Notes under the pieces: generated by a model
What the model was told of the DNA's origin: nothing
What the model saw: only the letters and a program-made list of their open reading frames with translations
The model's database searches: none
DNA from: Candidatus Saccharimonadota bacterium
Lineage (GTDB): Archaea > Micrarchaeota > Micrarchaeia > Micrarchaeales > Micrarchaeaceae
Length of the DNA stretch: 32,000 nucleotides
Direction of reading: 5' to 3'
Assembly (NCBI GenBank): GCA_963698035.1
Contig: OY969114.1
Coordinates: forward strand, 690,001-722,000
Shown: positions 1-8,654 of the stretch, piece by piece
Layout of the letters: each line of letters opens with the position of its first letter
How positions within the stretch are numbered: position 1 is the stretch's first letter
Translations under genes and position numbers: made by a program

Positions 1-3000
1 GTATTGTTGTGCTGTACGCTGTTGGGGTGTTGATTGTGTTTGTGTCATTGTAGAGGACCACATGGAACGGACCCGCCCCGCCATCTATGCCGATTAGGAA
101 TGTCTCTACTTCTCCAGTGTCACTCACACTATACATTGGCGCGAATGTTGCTGTTGGTGCTGGCTCCACTACGACGTCTACAGAGCCTAACGAGCTGTTA
201 ACTGCAGAATCCGTAACGCTGACAGAATATGGGAATGTTGTTGGATTAACCGCAGTAGGCGCTATATTGCACGTTACGGTTTTGCTGGATGTCGAAGTGG
301 TGCAAGAGCCGGTGCCGCTGCCTGTCCATGTCAGTGTGTATGGAGCGACCCCTCCTGTTATTGTTGCCGTGAGTGTTTCTGTCTGGCCGCTGTCAATCGC
401 AAGCGGATATGAGGAAGAACCAAGCGTTACGCCAAACTGCCCCACTGTGACCGTAGTAGTTTTAGAGTTAATTGTGTCTGGAACAGTTGTGCCAGTATCG
501 GTTACCTGTACCATGAACTGCCAGTTACCCTGCTGGGTTCCAGGAGCAGTGACAAAGTTGTAGGTTTGGCAGTTTGTTGCACCGGAGATTGGCATGAATA
601 TCGCGCTTCCCGGGCTCTCTTCATACCATTGACATTCGTTTGGAGAGTTGCCGCCTACTATGTTTACTGTAAGCACCGTGGTGTTGCCAGGCGAAATCTT
701 CGTCGGGCTTGCAGATGCAGTAGCTGATAGCTGCAGATACACTGAAACGCCACTTAAAGTTGTCTTATTGACTGACTCTGGGGGTATTCCATTATCTGTT
801 ATTAAAGCACTAAACTCCCAGTTGCCTATAGGTGTAGTGGCGTTGGTTACGAATATGTACTGGGAGGAGCCTGTTGCTCCAGATATTAGATTCCAAGCAT
901 CTGTGTTTCCAGGCTGCTCAAACCACTGGTAGCTATATGGTGTTGTGCCTCCTCCCGCATCTGCAGTCAAGACCGATAGCTGGCCCTGATCCACGTTTGA
1001 GTGGCTTACTGTTATCGGCTTCACATACAGGGCTGGGTTTACTATAACTGATACGATTCCTGATGTTCCAGTGCCTTTGTTAGAGTCGGTCACTACAATA
1101 TAATAGTTGAATGTTCCTATCGCAACAGCGGTTGTTGAGTATGTTGGTGATGTTGCACCCAGAATTGCAACTGGCGTGGAACCCGAGTCGTTGTACCACT
1201 GATATGAATCACCACCCGAACCAATATTTGTCGTTGTTGAAGATAGGGATATTAACTGGGTTGTGTCGACTGCCGGAGTTGTTGTTGATGCGGTTATTGT
1301 TGGCAAATCAGATACTGTCACTAATGCAGTTCCTGATGTTCCAGTGCCTTTGTTAGAGTCGGTCACAACCGCATAATAGTCGAATGTCCCTGTTGTACCT
1401 GCCGTAAGTGTGAATGTACTTCCTGTCTGACCTGTAAGTACCGCACCAGATGTGTCATTGTACCATGTTATTGTGTCTGTTCCCGATCCTGCGTTGCCTA
1501 CTGTTGCTGTAAGTGTTACTGTCTGGCCGACATCCTCTGTCTGAGATGATGGAGATATTGATATTGTCGGTGTTGGTGATACTGCCACAGATCCTGTGTT
1601 GGACTGCCCTGTTCCGAGGTTTGAATCCGTCACTACTATGAAGTAGTTGAATGTTCCTGTTGCGCCCGCAGTAGTAGAGTATGTCAGTCCTGTCTGTCCT
1701 GATATCGGAGTTGATAATGATCCGTTGTACCACTGATATGAATCACCACCAGAACCTGTGTTTGTCACCGTTGCTGACAATGATACGGGTTGGCCTACGT
1801 CCTCAAATTGCGATGGTGGTGATACAGTTACTGTTGGTTTTTGTGTGACTGTCACGGATCCTGTGTTGGACTGTCCCATGCCACCGTTTGAATCGGTCAC
1901 AACCGCATAATAGTTGAATGTCCCTGTTGTTGCACCTGCGGTGAGTGTGAATGTGGATCCTGTCTGACCTGTAAGTACCGCACCAGATGTGTCATTGTAC
2001 CATGTTATTACAGGTGTACCTGAACCCGGATTCGTTACCGATGCAGTCAGTGTTACTGTCTGGCCGACATCCTCTGCCTGGGATGATGGTGATATCGATA
2101 TTGTCGGTGTTGCGGATACTACCGCAGATCCTGTGTTGGACTGTCCCGTGCCACCGTTTGAATCGGTCACAACCGCATAATAGTTGAATGTCCCTGTTGT
2201 TGCACCTGCGGTGAGTGTGAATGTGGATCCTGTCTGACCTGTAAGTACCGCACCAGATGTGTCATTGTACCATGTTATTACAGGTGTACCTGAACCCGGA
2301 TTCGTTACCGATGCAGTCAGTGTTACTGTCTGGCCGACATCCTCTGCCTGGGATGATGGTGATATCGATATTGTCGGTGTTGCGGATACTACCGCAGATC
2401 CTGTGTTGGACTGTCCCGTGCCACCGTTTGAATCGGTCACAACCGCATAATAGTTGAATGTCCCTGTTGTTGCACCTGCGGTGAGTGTGAATGTGGATCC
2501 TGTCTGACCTGTAAGTACCGCACCAGATGTGTCATTGTACCATGTTATTACAGGTGTACCTGAACTCGGATTCGTTACCGATGCAGTCAGTGTTACTGTC
2601 TGGCCGACATCCTCTGCCTGGGATGATGGTGATATCGATATTGTCGGTGTTGCGGATACTATTACTTCCACCGCATTAGAGGCCGATGTGTATCCTGATA
2701 CGCCGCTGTCAGAGACCACAGCGCAGTAGTATGTTGTTCCTACGGTTGTTGTTGACGGTGTGTATGTCGGTCCTGAGTGACCTGTGTTTGCTGAACTTGC
2801 GCTGCATGAGGATGTTGATGAACTATACCATTTAACTGATGCGGTATTTGGTCCTGTGTATGCCACTGTTGCTGTAAGGGATGATGCGGTCTGACCTACA
2901 TCATAGGTCAATGGTCCTGTAGGAGATACACTGACTGTCGGGTCTGGGTTGACCTCCAATGGCGCGGATGAAGGCGACGAAGTCTTTGCACCTGCCGGTG

Positions 3001-6000
3001 AACTGTCTGTTACTGTCACACTGACCGAATATGTAGATGGTATAGTTGCTGTCCCTGTGACTGTGCAGGTATTAGAAGTGGTGCAGCCACTTGTTATAGT
3101 TAATCCTGAAGGTACTTTCCACGAATATGTAAGTGGTACTGTACCCGGAGTTCCAGTTGCCGTGAACACGTCAGTCTGACCCTGGTCTATTATGAGATAC
3201 TGGGATTTTACAGAGACTGCTGGAAGCGGATTGTATGTTACTGATGCGGGTGATGCAGGAGATGATGTCACCGGGGTCGGTGCAGAGTCTTTTATGGCGA
3301 CCGATACCTGTTCTAGTGTCTGTGTTGACACTTTCGGCGCGATTGTACATGTGCTTGATGATGATGTGCAGCCCGATACTGGAATAACAACGCCTGGAAG
3401 TGTCCATGTATAAGTGTCAGATCCTGTTCCTGGTTGTGTTATCGTTGCAGTAAAGACATCTGTTTGCCCGCTGTCCACTGCAGTATATTGCGATGCAAGA
3501 GTTACTGCAGGTGTCGGGTTGACTGTGACTGATACAGTTGGACTTGAAGTCGCAGTTTCTGTTACAGAATCCGTGAATGTTACATATAGTCCGGTATCAG
3601 TAGATGGTGCAGAATATGTTGCGGTTGTTCCTGTTCCGAATGCTCCCGATATTGGGCCGCTGCCATCATACCACTGCCACGTGTATGGACCTGTTCCATA
3701 TTGGACTGTTGAAGATATAGTGTCGGTCTGTCCTTGGTCTACAGTTACTGATGTAGGTTCTGTCAGTATTGATGGATCTGGGTTGACCATCACCGTGGCG
3801 GGAGTTGTGGAATATACTGCTGCTGCATCGGTTCCGTCAGTTACGCTTGCGCAGTAATTTGTCGTGCTTGCAGATCCGGTCGATGGCGTGTATGTAAGTC
3901 CCGTTCCGATTGATGGAGATAACGAAACTGAACTGCATGAAGAGTCTCCAGTGTACCATGTGTATGTCAGTCCTGGGTTGGAATCCGCAGAACCGTCATC
4001 GGCATAGAGCGCCGCTGCAGTTTGTCCTACATCGTATGTTGCAGATGAATGTACAGTTGGAACATTAAGTGCAGGGTCGACTGTTATCACACTTGGCGAA
4101 GAAGCAACTGACGTTACTAATCCACTATCTGTTACAGTCGCTGTAAATGAAAACACACAGTTTGCCTGTCCTGTAGTTGGAACGAATGTATATGTTGATG
4201 CTGTTGAAGATATTGGGAATGACGTGCATGAACCACTTGTAACTGAGTCACTCCAACCGTATGAAGTATAGGTTCCTGTGCCTCCATATGGAGCTAATGT
4301 CATTAACTGTGACTGACCTATGTCAAGAATTGCGGATGAAGGGGATATCGCGACTGTGGGTGGAAGGTATGTTACTATGTCTCCGCTACTCGGAGCTGCG
4401 AATGCGTTCACAAAGGTCTCTGTGATCAGAGGATAGCCTGTGTAGGTGTATGTGAATTGCGATGGATCTGAATAGAAGCCATCATATATTGAATCTGCAT
4501 TTTCGAAGTAGAATGATACCCAATTTGTGGCGGAGGCGTCTCCACTCTGCAGTCCATATGTGCCCAGCAGTATATCTGCTTCTGTACCGCCAAAGTTAAA
4601 GGACCCTAGGTCTCCGGTTGTTGATTCTGTTGGTGTGGTAAGCAATGTGCCCGTGAATACTGCATTGTAGTTAGCAATCATTGGTCCGCTTCCATCGGCA
4701 GGTTCTGTTACTTCATAACCTGGACTTAATGCACCTGCAAATGTTTGCCATGTTCCATCATATGTTACATTTGCATTGAACGTGTTAGGGCCTGTCTGCC
4801 ACACTATTATGGTCTTTACATAGTTGTCAAGTGCCCAATAACCGAAGTTTCCAGAATCCTCATCGTTCGTTACCGTCATTGTGACGTCTATTATTTTTGC
4901 AGGGTTAACCGTCACTGTAAACACAGGTGTTATTGCCTGTGTGGTAGTGTTTCCGTCAGATACGACAAGGTAATAATAGTACGTGCCTACAGTTGATTCG
5001 GTGTCAGTTGCACTCAGTGATCCTCCTACACCAACCAGTGTTCCCGAAGAGTTTGTACCACTACTTAGGTACCACTGTTCGGTTGTGTAATGGCCGTTGC
5101 CTCCCGATGCACTTGTTGCAGAGAGGGAAATTGGTTGCCCAATGACCGCAGAAGATGGTGCGATTGCGCCTGTTATCGTTATCTGCGGGTTAACTGTCAC
5201 CACATCCGATCCTGTTGCAGTACCAGAAAGTGAATCAGTAACCTTTACACAGTATGATGTCGTTGATGTAAGTGCAGTTGTTGTATATGATGCTGATGTA
5301 CCTGTTTGCAATGGAGTGCCGCTGCATGTTGTCTGGTACCACGAATATGATGAGTAAGTTCCCGACCCGCCGGATGGGTCTGCTGTAAGTAATTGTGTCT
5401 GGCCACTGTCTATTATTGGGCTTGGTGGTGCAACTGAAACTGATAATGTTGGATTGACTGTCACCACATCCGATCCTGTTGCAGTACCAGAAAGTGAATC
5501 AGTAACCTTTACACAGTATGATGTCGTTGATGTAAGTGCAGTTGTTGTATATGATGCTGATGTACCTGTTTGCAATGGAGTGCCGCTGCATGTTGTCTGG
5601 TACCACGAATATGATGAGTAAGTTCCCGACCCGCCGGATGGGTCTGCTGTAAGTAATTGTGTCTGGCCACTGTCTATTATTGGGCTTGGTGGTGCAACTG
5701 AAACTGATAATGTTGGATTGACTGTCACGGATACTGGGGCAGAGGTGACTGTTTTGGGCGTGCTGTCCGTTACTTGCAATTCAAATTTCCATGTTCCTGA
5801 AGTTGATAGAGTGCCCGTAGATATGGTTGGTTTTGAAGTGGTGGTGCAGCCGGTGGTAAAGGAACTATCTAGATCACTGTATGCACCCGCATTCGGTGCC
5901 TCTTCGAGCCACTGACATGTATATGTTGAGGTTCCACCGCCGAATGATGTGGTAGTAGAAAGAGTTGAGGACTGCCCGCTGTCGATAGCTGTTGGGCTAG

Positions 6001-7534
6001 CTGATATAACTGGGGCCGTTAATGGAGAAGTGGTGACTGTCACTGTTGCTGTTATAGGAAGACTTGTGCTTTCATTAGCCTCAAGAGTTCCAGAGTTCTG
6101 TGTCGCCGAACTGTAGTATCTTACATATGCGCAGTAAGTAGTAGTGGTGCTAGGTGATACTGTAAATGTGGTCTGGTGGGCATATTTTTGGCTGCCGTCA
6201 CCAAGTGAAGATGATGCGACGATTGAATTTGTTCCTAATGACGAACCTGTTTTATCACATGCGCTGGTGCTCGAACTTTTGAATAGAATTACGCTATAAG
6301 AGGTAGCAGAGTCTGCCCATGCCACGGTTAGTACCGTAGAGGACCCCGAATCAATTGTAGTGCCTGAAATACCTGGAGGAGTGCCTGAGAATATTCCAGA
6401 GGGCCAGTCAACAATAAGCACTGCAGATGCAGAACTGTTGTCTCCAAGGTTTGCAGCATCGGCGGCAGTGAATGTCACATTGTAAGTACCGTCACTGAGG
6501 ACGAATGAACAACCCCTTGAATCAGGGCCGAGAGTCTCTCCCCTTGTAAGGGTCAGATTGCTAATTCCGGTATAACTTGTCGATTGGGAGGATGACCATG
6601 TGCAGGAAGTTGCTGTTCCGTTTGTATATGTTCCGTTAACTGACCAGGAAAGGTCGTATGTGCCGCTTGGAGATCCGGTTGCTGTTCCGTTAAATATGGC
6701 GCTTCCTGTAGTATTAGTTATAATAGGGGGATTCAAGTTAACCGACAATCCAGCTAGTACTATGTCCAGTGTGAATCCATCATCAACTACTGTGGTGCCT
6801 GAAGCATCCGTCACTTCTATCTGGAATAGGTATTTTCCTAATGACATTGAAGGTGTTACTGTGACAACGCACGGGGCCACCACTCCAACAGACTGGCTAT
6901 TTCCCGAGCCGCAGTCTACCGCAGGTGCGGGCGTGCTTCCATTGTAGCTTTCAAGCCACTGGTAAGTATAGGGCGGAGTTCCACCACCTGCGCCGTTGTC
7001 CTGAATGGTTATTGTAGTGATTTGTCCCTTCACTACTGTGTAGTTTGTTACATTTTCGGTTGCACTTGCTCTTGTTATTTTAGCGTAAGGATCAGATATG
7101 CTCAAAGGCTGGAAGGCTGTAGAATTAGAAACATTGAAAGCATTTGTTATTGTGCTTGCTGCCGATGTGCTTTCTGTTGTTGTGCTTGTTGCTGAAGATG
7201 TCTGATTGTTATTTACTGTCTGGTTGCTATTTACTGTCTGATTGCTACCTGCTGTCTGATTATTATTTACTGTGATGGTCGGCAGAGTCGTCTGGTTTAC
7301 CGTAGTTACCGTTGTTGAGGTGCTTGTTGTAGACAATGTTGTGTTCGATGCTGTATTGTTAGGTGCCGCCTGGAAGCTTAGCATTGCGCTGCCGCCAGCT
7401 GTCAATGTCTGGGGAACATGGATACTCGCTATGAATATTCCCAGGCCTGTTATGAGTATTCCTAGGAATAGTAATGAGGACAGAAATAGTACCGAACGTC
7501 TGCTTTTTCCCCCGAACAAAATAATGACCCCCAC
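1..7534 (-). CDS. Giant secreted/cell-surface protein, 3' end beyond the left edge (>2,500 aa in window). It has an N-terminal signal/TM anchor, an Asn-x-Thr/Ser-rich linker, roughly two dozen ~88-90-aa Ig-like beta-sandwich repeats and one non-repeat insert.
   Basis: Hand translation of the minus strand in frame with GTG 7534 stayed open everywhere I checked (7534-6830, 5401-5190, 4918-4320, 2278-1980, 58-2). N-terminus: (M)GVIILFGGKSRRSVLFLSSLLFLGILITGLGIFIA. Repeats read like PTISISPSSQAEDVGQTVTLTASVTNPGSGTPVITWYNDTSGAVLTGQTGSTFTLTAGATTGTFNYYAVVTDSNGGTGQSNTGSAVVSAT and GGTPPYTYQW. The + strand carries only short fragmented ORFs. An in-frame TGA lies 14 codons upstream of the GTG. Alternative start TTG 7519, preceded by GGGGGTCA. 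Confidence 0.85.
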   Translation of the reverse strand, partial: MGVIILFGGKSRRSVLFLSSLLFLGILITGLGIFIASIHVPQTLTAGGSAMLSFQAAPNNTASNTTLSTTSTSTTVTTVNQTTLPTITVNNNQTAGSNQTVNSNQTVNNNQTSSATSTTTESTSAASTITNAFNVSNSTAFQPLSISDPYAKITRASATENVTNYTVVKGQITTITIQDNGAGGGTPPYTYQWLESYNGSTPAPAVDCGSGNSQSVGVVAPCVVTVTPSMSLGKYLFQIEVTDASGTTVVDDGFTLDIVLAGLSVNLNPPIITNTTGSAIFNGTATGSPSGTYDLSWSVNGTYTNGTATSCTWSSSQSTSYTGISNLTLTRGETLGPDSRGCSFVLSDGTYNVTFTAADAANLGDNSSASAVLIVDWPSGIFSGTPPGISGTTIDSGSSTVLTVAWADSATSYSVILFKSSSTSACDKTGSSLGTNSIVASSSLGDGSQKYAHQTTFTVSPSTTTTYCAYVRYYSSATQNSGTLEANESTSLPITATVTVTTSPLTAPVISASPTAIDSGQSSTLSTTTSFGGGTSTYTCQWLEEAPNAGAYSDLDSSFTTGCTTTSKPTISTGTLSTSGTWKFELQVTDSTPKTVTSAPVSVTVNPTLSVSVAPPSPIIDSGQTQLLTADPSGGSGTYSSYSWYQTTCSGTPLQTGTSASYTTTALTSTTSYCVKVTDSLSGTATGSDVVTVNPTLSVSVAPPSPIIDSGQTQLLTADPSGGSGTYSSYSWYQTTCSGTPLQTGTSASYTTTALTSTTSYCVKVTDSLSGTATGSDVVTVNPQITITGAIAPSSAVIGQPISLSATSASGGNGHYTTEQWYLSSGTNSSGTLVGVGGSLSATDTESTVGTYYYYLVVSDGNTTTQAITPVFTVTVNPAKIIDVTMTVTNDEDSGNFGYWALDNYVKTIIVWQTGPNTFNANVTYDGTWQTFAGALSPGYEVTEPADGSGPMIANYNAVFTGTLLTTPTESTTGDLGSFNFGGTEADILLGTYGLQSGDASATNWVSFYFENADSIYDGFYSDPSQFTYTYTGYPLITETFVNAFAAPSSGDIVTYLPPTVAISPSSAILDIGQSQLMTLAPYGGTGTYTSYGWSDSVTSGSCTSFPISSTASTYTFVPTTGQANCVFSFTATVTDSGLVTSVASSPSVITVDPALNVPTVHSSATYDVGQTAAALYADDGSADSNPGLTYTWYTGDSSCSSVSLSPSIGTGLTYTPSTGSASTTNYCASVTDGTDAAAVYSTTPATVMVNPDPSILTEPTSVTVDQGQTDTISSTVQYGTGPYTWQWYDGSGPISGAFGTGTTATYSAPSTDTGLYVTFTDSVTETATSSPTVSVTVNPTPAVTLASQYTAVDSGQTDVFTATITQPGTGSDTYTWTLPGVVIPVSGCTSSSSTCTIAPKVSTQTLEQVSVAIKDSAPTPVTSSPASPASVTYNPLPAVSVKSQYLIIDQGQTDVFTATGTPGTVPLTYSWKVPSGLTITSGCTTSNTCTVTGTATIPSTYSVSVTVTDSSPAGAKTSSPSSAPLEVNPDPTVSVSPTGPLTYDVGQTASSLTATVAYTGPNTASVKWYSSSTSSCSASSANTGHSGPTYTPSTTTVGTTYYCAVVSDSGVSGYTSASNAVEVIVSATPTISISPSSQAEDVGQTVTLTASVTNPSSGTPVITWYNDTSGAVLTGQTGSTFTLTAGATTGTFNYYAVVTDSNGGTGQSNTGSAVVSATPTISISPSSQAEDVGQTVTLTASVTNPGSGTPVITWYNDTSGAVLTGQTGSTFTLTAGATTGTFNYYAVVTDSNGGTGQSNTGSAVVSATPTISISPSSQAEDVGQTVTLTASVTNPGSGTPVITWYNDTSGAVLTGQTGSTFTLTAGATTGTFNYYAVVTDSNGGMGQSNTGSVTVTQKPTVTVSPPSQFEDVGQPVSLSATVTNTGSGGDSYQWYNGSLSTPISGQTGLTYSTTAGATGTFNYFIVVTDSNLGTGQSNTGSVAVSPTPTISISPSSQTEDVGQTVTLTATVGNAGSGTDTITWYNDTSGAVLTGQTGSTFTLTAGTTGTFDYYAVVTDSNKGTGTSGTALVTVSDLPTITASTTTPAVDTTQLISLSSTTTNIGSGGDSYQWYNDSGSTPVAILGATSPTYSTTAVAIGTFNYYIVVTDSNKGTGTSGIVSVIVNPALYVKPITVSHSNVDQGQLSVLTADAGGGTTPYSYQWFEQPGNTDAWNLISGATGSSQYIFVTNATTPIGNWEFSALITDNGIPPESVNKTTLSGVSVYLQLSATASASPTKISPGNTTVLTVNIVGGNSPNECQWYEESPGSAIFMPISGATNCQTYNFVTAPGTQQGNWQFMVQVTDTGTTVPDTINSKTTTVTVGQFGVTLGSSSYPLAIDSGQTETLTATITGGVAPYTLTWTGSGTGSCTTSTSSKTVTCNIAPTAVNPTTFPYSVSVTDSAVNSSLGSVDVVVEPAPTATFAPMYSVSDTGEVETFLIGIDGGAGPFHVVLYNDTNTINTPTAYSTTI
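1861..2660 (-). repeat. Three tandem in-frame 270-bp units (90-aa Ig-like domain) that are almost identical
   Basis: Units start at 1861, 2131 and 2401. I found only two single-base differences by eye (1878 a vs g at the equivalent 2148/2418; 2566 t vs c). The block diverges after 2660. More diverged copies of the same unit extend left to about 1040, e.g. tcctgatgttccagtgcctttgttagagtcggtcac at about 1058 and about 1331. Confidence 0.9.
5193..5720 (-). repeat. Two tandem in-frame 264-bp units (88-aa domain), identical by eye
   Basis: 5193-5456 and 5457-5720 read identically base for base. They encode ...GGSGTYSSYSWYQTTCSGTPLQTGTSASYTTTALTSTTSYCVKVTDSLSGTATGSDVVTVNP. Confidence 0.9.
7201..7272 (-). 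repeat. Four 18-bp tandem units encoding NQT-type N-glycosylation sequons in the N-terminal linker
   Basis: tctgattgttatttactg / tctggttgctatttactg / tctgattgctacctgctg / tctgattattatttactg. The minus-strand translation is ...VNNNQTAGSNQTVNSNQTVNNNQTSS... Confidence 0.8.
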
Positions 7535-7585
7535 GGTCTTATGCTTGAATACTTGCTCTAAGCTTGCAAGGCATCAATTCATCAT

Positions 7586-7600
7586 GATATTTATACTTTT
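7586..7600 (-). promoter_or_regulatory. BRE/TATA box of the giant surface-protein gene
   Basis: The minus strand reads AAAAGTATAAATATC, matching the window-wide promoter consensus. It lies about 60 nt upstream of GTG 7534. Confidence 0.55.
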
Positions 7601-8038
7601 GCTTTTGGTGTATAATCCCGAACTCTTTGATACCAGCCATCACACATGCAGGTTTATTGGTGTGACCCTTGTGACCCCCACAAAGCTGTCAAGCACAGAC
7701 CTGCTGAGTAAATGCTATGCCAATCAACTATAAATAGCTTCCCTTTGGTGCTTTTCCCAATTCACCAAGATCCCTTATGGCTAACCGACCCTAGTATATT
7801 ATAATCTTAGTTAAATTCCTCTTGGGACTACTATAACATTACTGCATACGAGATACAGATAAACGCAATAAGAAGCGAGATAGAAGGATGCATAGAAAAG
7901 GCAAAGGACCAGAATATCGAATTAATATTTGTTACATATAGCAATAAAATCAGAGAAGAGATAGAAAGGTTAACTAATAATCAGTATGAGTGTCTGAAAG
8001 GAGAAATTCCACTAAAACAATCTTAGAATACTATCCAC

Positions 8039-8172
8039 ACCCCCTCCCTCATCTAGTGGATATCCATTGGTATCTTGTCGAGAGAAAGAAGACTATCCAC
8101 AGGGTTGGGGGTTGCATATATGGTGTGGATATTCGGGACTTCTCAGGCCGGTTAGGGTTGAGGCTTGATTGC
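8039..8172 (+). repeat. Intergenic element R1, left copy of a diverged direct repeat (partner at 13010-13119)
   Basis: The core GGGTTGGGGGTTGCATATATGGTGTGGATATTCGGGACTTCTCAGGCCGGTTAGGGTT aligns with about 43/58 matches to 13053-13110. The upstream ACCCCCTCCCTCATCTAG aligns with ATCCCCTCCAGTCTAG. R1 also contains TATCCAC/GTGGATA inverted pairs (8033/8056 and 8094/8124). Confidence 0.7.
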
Positions 8173-8215
8173 CGGTTAGATAAAGGCTTTAAGATTTAGG
8201 TGAGAAGCTTAGACT

Positions 8216-8578
8216 ATGGCCAAGAAAGCTATGACGATGCAGGGTATTGTGATAGTGTCTGTAATCTTCGGTGTCCTGATGACCTTTGTCTCATATGGCA
8301 TACCAGGATCTGGAATACAAACCTCGCCACCCATCTCACTCCTATCCGATATTGGAGGATATCCATTTGTGATAGCAATGTCTCCATGCCCGATACCGGT
8401 TTCGGGCACAATCAATCTTGGTGCATGTGGTTCGGCCCACTATGATTTGCTTGGTATGGCAATAGACGTTTCATTCTGGTCTGCCATAGCGTTCCCGATA
8501 ATTTACTTTTTCGGCATGAGAAAAAGTCGGCATAAGAAAAAGAAAACCGAAAAGATAGCCTGGCTTCCGCGGACTTAG
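8216..8578 (+). CDS. Small membrane protein (two hydrophobic segments, Lys-rich tail), function unknown
   Basis: ORF track 120 aa. Hydrophobic stretches IVIVSVIFGVLMTFVSYGI and FWSAIAFPIIYFF, followed by the C-terminal RKSRHKKKKTEK. Confidence 0.55.
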   Translation: MAKKAMTMQGIVIVSVIFGVLMTFVSYGIPGSGIQTSPPISLLSDIGGYPFVIAMSPCPIPVSGTINLGACGSAHYDLLGMAIDVSFWSAIAFPIIYFFGMRKSRHKKKKTEKIAWLPRT

Positions 8579-8612
8579 GGCTTAGGCTTGGGGCTCGGGC
8601 TAGGCTAAGTAG
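8578..8612 (+). repeat. G-rich post-stop spacer element (GGGCTT family)
   Basis: taGGGCTTAGGCTTGGGGCTCGGGCTAGGCTAAG, directly abutting the TAG at 8576-8578. Confidence 0.5.
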
Positions 8613-8654
8613 CACTAAGCTATTAAAATACAATTGACAATTAAAAGGGATATT

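Noticed and set aside
1861-2660. Regularly spaced near-identical repeats that could be mistaken for a CRISPR array
   Set aside because: The units are 270 bp and directly abut with no unique spacers. They are in frame within a protein-coding repeat domain, and no cas genes are present.
7539-7640. 33-aa minus-strand upstream ORF (MAGIKEFGIIHQKQKYKYHDELMPCKLRASIQA) ending 4 nt before the giant gene's GTG, and a second TATA-like CTATAAATAG at 7728-7738
   Set aside because: The strongest consensus TATA (7586-7600) lies inside this ORF, so most transcripts would start downstream of its ATG. There are no other coding signals.
87-7733. Many 60-160-aa + strand ORFs in the track (e.g. 87-563, 3414-3857, 6600-6947, 7272-7733), including duplicated ones at 1987/2257/2529
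   Set aside because: They are antisense shadows of the giant minus-strand gene. They are short and fragmented with Val/Thr-biased odd composition, and their duplication simply mirrors the coding tandem repeats.
7850-7990. Purine-rich stretch with GAGATAGAAGG / GAGATAGAAAGG direct repeats in the 615-bp non-coding gap
   Set aside because: There are only two short copies, no ORF, no obvious structure or promoter, and I cannot tell it apart from chance or low-complexity sequence.
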